From assembly GCF_001194135.2 (NCBI RefSeq), contig NC_068992.1, forward strand, positions 64,414,485-64,478,484: DNA of 64,000 nt, given 5' to 3'. Source of the stretch: Octopus bimaculoides (lineage: Eukaryota). Made by a program: the position numbers and the translations under genes. Positions 47,372 to 60,200 of this stretch are shown here, in pieces; position 1 is the first letter of the stretch, and each line of letters opens with the position of its first letter. The notes beneath the pieces were generated by a model. It had not been told where the DNA came from. It saw only the letters and a list, made by a program, of their open reading frames with translations, and searched no databases.

Positions 47372-50300
47372 GACACATACACACAACACATATACGTGTA
47401 TGTGTGTATTCGAGTAGTATATCCTTAATTTATGGTCATAACCGGCCAGAAAGTTGCTATTGGTTTCGCGTCTGCTATTGCTCTCACCGATATAGACGGC
47501 TCATCAATCATGCTGACCGGAAGTACATAACCTCTTTAGGCAATACAGACAACATACTGACTGGAAGCACACAGCCTTTTCACTGTAAAAAGGCAATGTG
47601 TTTCTGGCCAGAATGTCTGATGAGTTATCTATATTGCTGAGTGCAAATAGTAGATGCGAAGCCAATGATAACTTTCTGACCAGTTATTGCCATAATTAAG
47701 GATATACGACTTGAATACGTAAATATATGTATAACTATTCTAAATTTCCTTTAGAATGTGCCTTTTTTTCATGTATGGGAAACTGTCAGATGTGTGTGTG
47801 TTCACCTTTCATTACTACATACATACCCATACAGAATGTGTATGTAAGTCACAGAAAAGCTATGTCTATTAAGAACATGCTTGTACAAAAAAAAGGAGAC
47901 AACCTATTTGAAAGAGAAAAAAAATAACTATGTACTACTGAAAAGTATGATAAACTTCAACTGCAAACCACTTAAGCAGTAAGATTGAGATAACAAAGAA
48001 ATGTCTGAAGGAAAATAAAATTTATTTATTCAACTGACACAGGCAAATGGCACCTGATTACGCAAAAGAATGGAGATAAGGAGAAAAAAACAGAAGTTCA
48101 CAGAATATTCTTGGTTCTGAACACACAGTTAATCACGAAACCTACGCACTGAACAAAAATCGTCAATATTGGATAATTCGACGGTTGTCGTTCTGGCATA
48201 AGACTGTGAAGTAACCGAGTGTGACCAACTGTAATTATTTATAATAATAGATATTTGCTCTACTTAGAAATTCAGTACTTTTAGTTTGTTCATAATAAAA
48301 GATTATAGCTTGAGGAAGAGTGAAACAAAGTGCGAGTTTGTGTGTGTATGCGTACATGTGTGTGTATGTGTGTTTGCACGCGTATGTACCTGTGCATGTG
48401 TGTGTGTGCGTGTGAGAGAGAGAGAGAAAAAGACAAAAGATTAAGAGAAAGAACCAGAGATGGGGGAAGAGATGGAAGATTGTATATTTACCTCGCCCCA
48501 TTCCGTGAGAAACCAGTCTGTATCACATGAAGAGACAACACAGTTTTCTTGAGTAACAGGTTTCTCGTCTTGGCAATTCTCCTCGGAAACAACATGTAGC
48601 GAATTGAGGCCGAACTTCTTGAGACAAGCGACCTCTCGGGTCCGTTGTCCCTTACCACAATCAGCTGAACACTAGAACCAAAAGACATTGAAATATTCCG
48701 TTACCAACATAAATTCATTTAAGCAATAGTAAGTGAAAACTCGCTGCTGGTCGAACACGAGAAATCTTCAGAGGAAGAAATTTGGCCCGTTCCGGACCCA
48801 TCTAATTAGTGACTCCTAGATGTCCTTATGTTGTTATTTAAATACCACTTTTAACGGGGATTGCATTCGGAATCCCTGGGTGCTCTTATCGCTGAGCCAA
48901 CTGCTGCAAACTGGCTTTCCTTCGTTCTGTGTTTAGTGGTCTGCTGTATTCGTCTCAGTTACAACTGGCATTCCTTTTCGCACATAATCACATTTAGAGA
49001 CATACTAAGTAACGTTGAATGCACTATAGGCGTGTACAAGCATATCTAACATATCGTATGCACTCGGACATGGAAAGGCATACGTTGCAGACATTGCCTC
49101 GAGAGAAACAGTTCTCCATATTGACCATATACAGTAATCCCTGGCCATATCGTGGTTCACCCATCGCACACTCAGTACATCGCGGATTTTTCTGGCTAAT
49201 GTATGTAAACTTATATCATGAACTCCTGCAGGTTTCTGCGGCCAATAGGTATTTATATTTTTTAGATTTTAATTATTTCTGTGGGAAGTTTTGGAACGTA
49301 ATACCCACGACAGTCGAGGGACCACCGTTTGTGAAAAATACATCATTGCGCTATGAATGGTGTTATCAAACAGTAGGACACATGCATTTCTGCAACGTTG
49401 CGCATCATCAGCTACAAGTACCTAGTCATACTCCATAGCCATTAGAAACAGGTTGTTCTTATATTAATTTCAGCTTCTCAAAACTTTGCGCACACCAATA
49501 AATTCATCATTTGCTGATTTAATATAAAAACAACCTGTTTTTGGTGTCTACGAAGGACGACTTGGTATCATTTGCTTTTCATATATATAGTCTGTTAGGA
49601 GAATATTTTTCTCCAGAAATAATTTCTGCAGCGTATGTCTTTCCATGCCCAGTTGTACACGAACATGTTGAATATTATTGTGAACACTTATAAATTTGTT
49701 TGTTCTCCACTAGGTCAAACAAGCTGCCTGATTTAACGCCACAAGGTTTATTGTGTTGTAAGTGCTAGAACTGCCAGACCCTCGCTTTTTTATCCGCCTA
49801 CATAGTTTTCACTTATTCTTAAGTCGGCTCTGATCAAACAGTTCTATGATCTACTTATCTCTGCCATGACCACCCTGTCCTTTTAGGGGCATTTTCTATG
49901 GCCTCATTATCTAATTTATCCTTCCAGTATTTAAATGGTGGGATACAATTTGAAGGGTGTTTGGTTTCTATTTCTAGCAGGTTGATCGACCATGTAAAGG
50001 GCCCCCCACTTCCTATATTTTCTCCTACAGATAGATGTTCATGTCTATCTTTAGATCACTAATCTAGGGGTGTGACTTGTAGAGGTCATGGACTTGAGAA
50101 CTTTCTCCTTTCTTAAATCAGAAAACCTGTCGTCTGCGACAGGTAATGGCTGCGTGGTTGACCCTGAAAAATAAGATCTATGTTAAAAGACGTTCCAACT
50201 GCAACCACCCCTTGTTCTCTTGCGTCATGGAGTTCATTATTCAACGCACCCTTTTTCTTTTAAGACAGCAGTGTGATTTGAGGGGTGTCTGTTAACTGTT

Positions 50301-52313
50301 TTTAGTCAGTTTTATACGTAAAGACTCGGCAAGTGTTTTTATTTTTTAAGAGCACCAAAGATAAATATATGCAAAAATGGGAAAAGATTTTAGAGAATTG
50401 TCTATCTGAAGAGCACAAACTAACAAGAAACCCCTCGAGGCCACACGAGTCTTGGCTTACTAAAATAGCAGCCATTGGAATGCTTTTGATCATAGAACTA
50501 CTCGATTAAGGCTGACCTGGGGCTAAACTACAACAACAACTATAACCTCCACGTAGTGTTCAAATTGTTAGAAACAGCAGCCAAATCACCTTGAAATTAT
50601 ACTTTAGTTGCTGTCTTGAGGAAGAAGAGAATACATTTCCAGCCATGATAACTCTGTTACGACCATATAGTCCTCTATGTCTTCTGTTACTCTTTTAAGG
50701 CATTTGGTGTGGTTTTGTCTGTTATTTCTAGCAAGCCGAACGACCGTCTATAGGTTACTCCTTTGTTAGGTAATGGTTTATTATTAAGACATTAACTCTG
50801 TCAGACTGAAATTAAAAGCAACGAACTGCTTACCTCACTCCATGCTCCAGTGAACCATATACCTCCGCAAGGATGACTGCTGCTGCATGGAGTTTTGAAC
50901 TCGGGTTTTTTCAAACGATCACAGCGTGAAGATGACAGTAAATTGCCGTCATTTGAAACACAAATGACCTGCCTTGTGGTAAATCCTGAACCGCAGTTGC
51001 TAGAACACTTATTGGACCACTTCGAAACGTACCATTTCGGTGGACAATGCTGTGCCTGACATAATTCAGTTCTATGAGGTTTGGGTTTGGGACAGAAACG
51101 TCCTGGTATTGACGTTCCTAAATGTGGGCTAACACACTTGACTAATCTCTTTCTTCTGCTTCCTTGACCGCATTCTGGTTTACATCTACCCCACGCCTTC
51201 ACCAGCCATTTTCCACACGGGTTATTTTGGCACTGCCGTACAGCCGCTGGTCTCGGTGTCTTACTGCATCTTTCTGCGGACACTTTCAGCTGAAACAAAA
51301 AAAACAAAAACAGACGATTAACAACACCACCAAACAATAACAACAACAACAACAAAACGATGTTGTATTACGTGGTACATTGTGAAGGCGTGTAAACACG
51401 TCCAATTGTTGATGGGGCAATTGGTTAGTGCTTATGGATGTATGTGTACATTTATACTCTTATACACTGTACGTTAATGGAAATTAAACAAAAGGGAAAA
51501 CATAACGAACTCTTAAACAAACCGGATAAAATGTATTGTGGAATATTTACCGCAACTCACCTCGGTGGACATCTAGACGTTTCGGAGACTAATTAATTTG
51601 TCATCCGCAATTGAAGAGATGACTTTAATCGTTTATTATAAATCAAAAGGAGAAAATAACACACATACATACACTCATGTGCGCCCGCATGTACTTACAT
51701 ACGGACATAAACATATACATTATATGTATAAAGTTTTATATATCTTACATGTATATATATATATTCTTGTATTCTTTTACTTGTTTCAGTCATTTGACTG
51801 CGGCCATGCTAGAGCATCGCCTTTAGCCCCCTTGGACTTATTCTTTGTAAGCCTAGTGCTTATTCTATCGGTCACTTTTACCGAACTGCTAGTTTACGGG
51901 GACGTAAACACACCAACAACGGTTGTCAAGCGATGGTGGGGGGGATAAACACATACACACAAGTATATACATACATACATACATACATACATAATACATA
52001 CATACATACAAGGGAAAGGTAAATCCTGATACAGCTTGGCCCCAATGAGGTCGCAACTTGTTTCTACAGCTGAGTGAACTGGAGCAACGTGAAATAAAGT
52101 GTCTTGCTCAAGAACACAACACACAGTTCGGCCCGGGAATCAAACTCACTACCGCATGGTTGAGAACCCGATGCTCTAACTACTGAATCATCCATATATA
52201 TGCATTTACGTATGTATGTATGAATGTATGCGTGTGTGGGTGCGTATGCGTGCGTGCATGTGTGTATGTTTTAATATTTCACTCTTAAACATTGCGAGAC
52301 TCTTTTTCTTATT

Positions 52314-52352
<39 letters not shown>

Positions 52353-52561
52353 TGTGTGTGTTTGTGTGTCTGTGTCTGTCCCCCCACTATCACTTGACAA
52401 CCGATGCCAGTGTGTTTACGTCTCGGTTAAATAGCGGTTCGGTAAAAGAGACCGATGAAATAAGTACTAGGCTTACAAAGAATAAGTTCTGGAGTCGATT
52501 TGTTTGACTGAAGGCGGTGCTCCAGCATGGCCGCAGTCAAATGATTGAAACAAATAAAAGA

Positions 52562-52598
<37 letters not shown>

Positions 52599-52904
52599 AG
52601 GTCAAAAAAACACAACATACGGAAATCGTCAAAACAGTAATCCGGAGAAGGACGATAGCACAACAACGGCAAACAGGACAAAATAAGACATACGTATCAT
52701 TGGCAGCCAATTGCTTCTTCAGTCGTAGTCTGGAATGTCCACGTAGTTTCGCCCAGAGTACATACATGTATAATGAATGTGTGCATGTATATATTCATGA
52801 GTAAATGTACACCCACGCAATTGCAGAGTAGATTGCTGAACGCTTAATTATAGTCCCCATGACGGTTTATAAAATATCCATACAGAACGTTACATACGTT
52901 TGAG

Positions 52905-52936
<32 letters not shown>

Positions 52937-53267
52937 TGTATGTTATTCACTCTTCTGCGTGCACAATAGTTTGTGGAACTTTTAACTTGGCTCCATATGT
53001 TGGTTTTCCTTTGTCAAGATTGCAACAAGAGACCATGTGTCAGGGAGGACATTAAGTTGTTACATTGAAGATAAATGTAGGATTTTCAAGGATATCATAG
53101 AAACAGGCATACACATATGAATACGCGCCTTTATATATATGTATATATGTGTACACATACGCACATATGTATGTATATATGTATGACATACATAGGTGTA
53201 TCTTTATATATATGTACAGACACACACACACATACAAATATACATATATACATGTATACATACATGC

Positions 53268-53313
<46 letters not shown>

Positions 53314-53944
53314 TTATATATATACACACACACATACATATGCGGGTGCACACACACACGCACATGTGTGTATGTATATGTATATATGTATATATATGTA
53401 TATATACATGCATATGTATATGTATATATACGTATATATGAATATATGTATATGTATATATACGTATATATGAATATATATATATGTATATATATATATG
53501 TATATATATATATGTAAATATATATATGTATATATATATGTATACATATACATATGTATATGTACATATATATATATATATATNNNNNNNNNNNNNNNNN
53601 NNNNNNNNNNNNNNNNNNNNNNNNNNNNNNNNNNNNNNNNNNNNNNNNNNNNNNNNNNNNNNNNNNNNNNNNNNNNNNNNNNNNNNNNNNNNNNNNNNNN
53701 NNNNNNNNNNNNNNNNNNNNNNNNNNNNNNNNNNNNNNNNNNNNNNNNNNNNNNNNNNNNNNNNNNNNNNNNNNNNNNNNNNNNNNNNNNNNNNNNNNNN
53801 NNNNNNNNNNNNNNNNNNNNNNNNNNNNNNNNNNNNNNNNNNNNNNNNNNNNNNNNNNNNNNNNNNNNNNNNNNNNNNNNNNNNNNNNNNNNNNNNNNNN
53901 NNNNNNNNNNNNNNNNNNNNNNNNNNNNNNNNNNNNNNNNNNNN

Positions 53945-54038
<94 letters not shown>

Positions 54039-56023
54039 GTACATACGTACAATCATGTTTTCTAGCGTGTGCTGTACGTTTGTATGCATGCACACATAAA
54101 TGCATATATGTATATATATATATGTGTGTGTGTATACATAGGTGTGCCTGTGAGTGCGTCTATGTATGTATTCTTAAATTCATGAATGAACTCGTATATA
54201 GACGCACACGCACACGCACTCGCACACAGACGCACACGCACATCTTGATATGCGCATATTTACATGTATATTGCGTAAACAAATTTACATTCGTATATGG
54301 ATGTATATGCACATATTTCAGATGAGCAAGCACATACACACCATACATACATACATACATCCATCCATACATACATACATACGTACGTACGTACATGCAT
54401 ATCAAAAAGGTTATTAGGAAATCACAGCGTTCAAGTTTGTACAAAGAGGCGAGCGAGGTTTTATCTAGATGCAGGGAGTCAGATAAAACATATTGGAGAC
54501 AGCTGTGGAAATTTAAACTCTCGTACCTCCTCATACTGCCTATCTCTCTCTCCTCTCTCTCTCTCTCAGTATATATATATATATATATATATACCCCAGG
54601 CCTTACAACACTTACTTTCTACTGGAATATGTAATACATATTTATTCGGGCCTATAAACTACTAGATACTATATCTCTATGTACATATACGCCTGAATTA
54701 TATGTCAACCTACATATATGCAGTAAACACATGTATACATACACCCTCCAGCCAAAATACACACACACACAAAACAGGAAAAGGGGTTGAAAGAACCAAA
54801 CAGAACTTACAGTAAGCTCTCCTCCGGGTGTATGGCTATCAAGCAGACAGAATTTCAGTATATGCATACATAGATATATGTACTTATATACATATATATA
54901 TACGTACTACGTAGATGATAATGCGCGCATACATATAGGAGTTGGACACAATAATGGACGCAACACTTTTAATATAACTATCTGTCTTTTTTGTTGGCAT
55001 TATGACAAATTCAATGTGTGTGTTCATATGCATTATGCTTGCTTTTATGATGCAACTCTCTGTTTTTCTATTTCTTTTTTCATTTTTCTTTTGCAGATAT
55101 TCATCTATTATAATAAAAGCGAAATTTTGTCTGTTCGTCCGGGACTCTTGTATCTCAGTCTACATTTGCTCTACATAGAAACATACCTTTTTGGAATCAG
55201 AATGATCCTAGGATTGAATATCTTCCCTTCATTCGGTTCTTGAGCATCCAGCATTGGGATCTGATTTTAAACACTTAGGTTGCTATTTGTAGCAGGTGAA
55301 GCTTGGCTGATTCACGCCATCTTGGTTGGCGTTTGTTATATGACACCAGAGATCAAGGGGGAGATAAATGAAATTCGCTTCGTTAATTTTACGTCGGGAT
55401 AAGAACTCTGAGAGAAATTGGCCAACGGTTGGGATTCAACTAGGGACTGAAACAATAGAATGGTTGCATTATAGAATTGATTGTCATCCGTCCTTAACCT
55501 CTGATCAAACACCACCGGGGCATACAGTCACCATAAACGTATTATAGTCATACTATTTAGCTCTCTTTAGTTTGGGGCCGCATTCCAAAAGTAAAGTAAA
55601 ACCAGCACAGGAAAGCATTATTCTGGACGGAAGGGATCGCAGAATAGTGAGACGTGTTATATCAAAAACCATCCAATTACGGCAGTAAAAGTGAATTCCA
55701 CGGGAAGGGTGTGATGTCTAGACTGTCAGAAGTGGTCAATGGCTCGCTCAATGGCTCAATGTCATTTGGGCAAGTGTCTTCTAGTATAGCCTAAGGCCGA
55801 CCAAAGCCTTGCGAGTGGATTTGGTAGAGGGAAACTGAAAGAAGCCCGTCGTATGAGTGTGTGTGTTTGTGTTTGTCCACCAACTCCATTTGACAACCGG
55901 TGTCGGTTAGTCAACGTCTCCGTAACTTAGCGTTTGGCAAAAGAATCAATAGAACGAGTACCGCAGTCATTATGCTGCGGTGCCCCAGCATGGCCGCAGA
56001 ATAATGAATGAAACAAATAAAAG

Positions 56024-56069
<46 letters not shown>

Positions 56070-57238
56070 CACTAGGGACACACACGTACGTTAGTAGAAA
56101 CACCCATTTTTATAACCTATCCGGCTATTTTTTCCTGTTATTATTCAACAGCAGATTTTTCAACACGCTGTGCGACGACATAAGACCTCATCGGTGGGTC
56201 ACAGAAGCTACAACCCAGGATGGGTTGTGCTCATTTCAAATCAAACAGGCTACATCCTGCGTAAACACTCGCATGACAACAACAACAACAGCAGTAGCAG
56301 CAACGACAAAACACTTGCCGAATTACAGGTTTACAGTGGCGCCATCACAACAGTGATGACGAAAATCGTCATCTTATGATTCAGTCCAAAGAAATATTCT
56401 TCTGTCCTGGCTGCTACTGTCATCGTCTTCTGTTGTAATTGCATTCACGTCTATTAAATATTGCCTTCAAATTTTGGCTCAAGGCCTCTTTTCTTTTACT
56501 TCCTCTACCCTCTTCTTTCACCCATTTGCTCTGGTTCTCTTCTATTCATTCTCTAGACCAGTGGTTCTCAACCACAGTCCATATGGCCCTTGGAGGTTCA
56601 TATGGCCCTTAGGGGTCCATATAAGATTTTGTTTGTTTAAATTTATGTGCAACAAAACTAGTTATACTTCTACAATGCAAAAAAATATTTCAACAATTTT
56701 TTCATACAGTTCCTAATAATATTTAATTATAAAAAGTTATGAGCCCACTGCTCCACCCACCACCAGTAAAACAGGAATCAAAGGGGCCTATAGGAAAACA
56801 AAATGGTTGAGAATCACTGCTTTAGATCACAACATAGAATAGAGGAGACTACCTAGGTTTACAAGGAACCAGGGATCATTAGTAGGACTGTTACCATGAT
56901 GAAATGCACCCACTGCATTCTGTAAAGCGGTTGCGAAACAAACAGTGACAATGTATGGTGGAAAAGACTCTTTGGTCTAACAGAAGACATGAGAGCCCTT
57001 CTAGTGTCGGTGCCAAGATGAACTATATCCAGTAGATTTTGTAACATGGTTGGCATCAGAAAGTGGCATCCAGTTGTAGAAACCACGCAAAAATTAAAAT
57101 TGGTTACCGACTCATCTAGGAGGGCAATAACCGCAGATGATCATGAACTGTGATAACCGTCCAGTCAACACCAGCATGGAAAGCAGGCGTAAAATTATGA
57201 AGATAACATACACAAACGCTAAGGACAAGCACACGGTC

Positions 57239-57292
<54 letters not shown>

Positions 57293-60200
57293 ATTCGTCA
57301 TTAGCGATGGAAGCAGTTTTAGTTCAAATAGCATTTTGTATATCTTACTTAATATGAATATTCTATATAAACTCTCAAAACTGCTGTATTCGTCACGAGA
57401 AAGCTTCTCGTATGGACGTATAGTGTTAAAAAACGCATAAGTAATATCGTAACAAACAAAAAGCGTTAAGCAGCGGCGGTGGAATTGTTAAATCCAGATT
57501 TCCGCTCCTTTGAGCGTCACATGCAAAGACAAATTTACCTTCTACTGACATAGAAGAAAGTGATTAACAAATCACTGATGTCGTAAATAGCCGGCAGGCT
57601 GTGTATAAATTTGTTGCACAGACATACAATCATAAAAACATATAAACACACATACATGCACACACACACACACACACACTATGTATGTATGTGTGTGTGT
57701 GTGTGTGTAAGTGTTTAAACTATTTCTCAAGGGAAAATAAACCAAGAGAATTATTCAACCTCGTATAAAATGTTTAATAAGTGGAAACAAAATCAGTAAT
57801 CCTTTACTAAGCTTTCAAAACTTGATATCACATTTTAATGACATCATATGTAAGGTTATCCGAAAGTTTTCATGCATAATGCTAGTCAATATCGCCTGAC
57901 GATGATAGATCAGTCTACCAGACTTTCTTCACGAACAAATCACAAATTGCCCTTCTTAAGAAACCTCTCAGGCTTAATAATGTTATTATCTTATCATGTG
58001 TTTTGGGGATTTGTATTAATCGGACAAGTGTCTTCTACCGTAGTCTCGAGTCGACCAAGGTCTTTTCAGTGAAATTTGGTTGACGGAGGAAGCTTGGTCC
58101 TGTAGTTTGAGTGAATAAAAACTGCGCTCAAATAGCTCTCAAATAATACCTTAACGTCTTACAAAAGGTAGGACGTATTAAACGTTCATCTTTGTGCCAT
58201 CAGGCAGACGAATGACCCCCTACTGACACCCTTAACTCTTTTACTGCAGGAATCACGTGTATCCATTCAGAATTCCATTACCCTTAGTGGTGGAAAACAG
58301 TTTTATTTACCAATTTCTCTTTTGCCGAGGAATGGCATGTTTGAAACTATTTCTTGTTGGAATATGTCAAGTTTGTTGAGGGAATGTGACTTGCAGAAAA
58401 TACCATTTCTATTTTTTTTCTTTGGTAGATATTTTACTTAATTACAGGAATAACAATGAAATTTAATTTTGTAGTCGAACGGCTAACTAGCACTTTGTGT
58501 ACCCCATGGAGTTTTCGTGGGAGAATATAAAAGTAGTTTCCTCTTGCCTTACTTCCGGTGTTTTTACAAATTGCCTTTCCTAAGAAGGCTCTCAGGCTTA
58601 CTACTCACCAAATGCTGGCGGATTCGTCAGCATCCGTCTGAGCACTCACAGAATAAAGATGCAGAGCAAATACTGAAGTGCTCTTGCAATTCTGCCAAAT
58701 CACTGCACTGGGGTAATATTTTAATTGATCGATCACGTAAAGCTGAAAAGTGAAGTTGCCTTCATACACACACACACACACGTTGTAAGAGAAGTGGGTA
58801 AGAGAAGTGGGTATGTGCACTGTATTACTTTTGCTGATAATCTTGAGATGATCGCTGGTATTTCCATTTAATATTACATGGACTTTTATAATCTTTTAAT
58901 ATGTAAAGTCCAACGTGTTGATTGATGTAATAATTCCTTCAGTTATCGAAACGATCGTAACGGGTTAATTAATATAATACCGNNNNNNNNNNNNNNNNNN
59001 NNNNNNNNNNNNNNNNNNNNNNNNNNNNNNNNNNNNNNNNNNNNNNNNNNNNNNNNNNNNNNNNNNNNNNNNNNNNNNNNNNNNNNNNNNNNNNNNNNNN
59101 NNNNNNNNNNNNNNNNNNNNNNNNNNNNNNNNNNNNNNNNNNNNNNNNNNNNNNNNNNNNNNNNNNNNNNNNNNNNNNNNNNNNNNNNNNNNNNNNNNNN
59201 NNNNNNNNNNNNNNNNNNNNNNNNNNNNNNNNNNNNNNNNNNNNNNNNNNNNNNNNNNNNNNNNNNNNNNNNNNNNNNNNNNNNNNNNNNNNNNNNNNNN
59301 NNNNNNNNNNNNNNNNNNNNNNNNNNNNNNNNNNNNNNNNNNNNNNNNNNNNNNNNNNNNNNNNNNNNNNNNNNNNNNNNNNNNNNNNNNNNNNNNNNNN
59401 NNNNNNNNNNNNNNNNNNNNNNNNNNNNNNNNNNNNNNNNNNNNNNNNNNNNNNNNNNNNNNNNNNNNNNNNNNNNNNNNNNNNNNNNNNNNNNNNNNNN
59501 NNNNNNNNNNNNNNNNNNNNNNNNNNNNNNNNNNNNNNNNNNNNNNNNNNNNNNNNNNNNNNNNNNNNNNNNNNNNNNNNNNNNNNNNNNNNNNNNNNNN
59601 NNNNNNNNNNNNNNNNNNNNNNNNNNNNNNNNNNNNNNNNNNNNNNNNNNNNNNNTTCGGTATCTCTTCTCGTTCGGCTTAACGGCCTTCAACGTTGTTT
59701 TCACTGTTTAATTTTTCCTGTCTTGGTTTTTGTTTGCTACTTTGGAATCCTCTGCTTAGTAGGTTAATCCACTTCGCGGGAAGAGCTATTCTAAGAGTGC
59801 ATTCTGCCTCATCTTCGAAACGCCTTGTTTAGAATAGAGGCAGCTGATGAAGGAAAAGTTCCATAAGTGGCTCGTCTGTTTTCCTATGTATTCATTCTGT
59901 TTTTCCCCCCTTTCTTTCTAAATTAAACTTCTCTTTACTGAAACTGCAAGGAATTGCAGTAGCATTCTTCCTTTTCACGGAACTGCCACATTAAGTTGGC
60001 AACATACCATCGCTTTATCGTGCTGTTACTGTATAAATTTCTCTGAGAAAGTAATTTCTATCTACTGATATATTTAGTGACCAGAATGGTTGAATGGATA
60101 AGAACGTTTTTTCCACAATCACCGCGCTTCAGTTTCGATCCCACTTCATGGAATTTTGGACAAACGTCTTTTACCATAGCCTCAAGTCTACCTAAGCCTT

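Noticed and set aside
47404-47640. Cys-containing stretch with a ttttacag acceptor-like site on the - strand between THSD4 exons
   Set aside because: All three frames after the acceptor hit stops, there is no TSP1 pattern, and the flanking exons already join in frame.
49019-49438. 139-aa plus-strand ORF antisense in a THSD4 intron
   Set aside because: No recognisable domain, and it runs through a decayed Tigger-like MITE.
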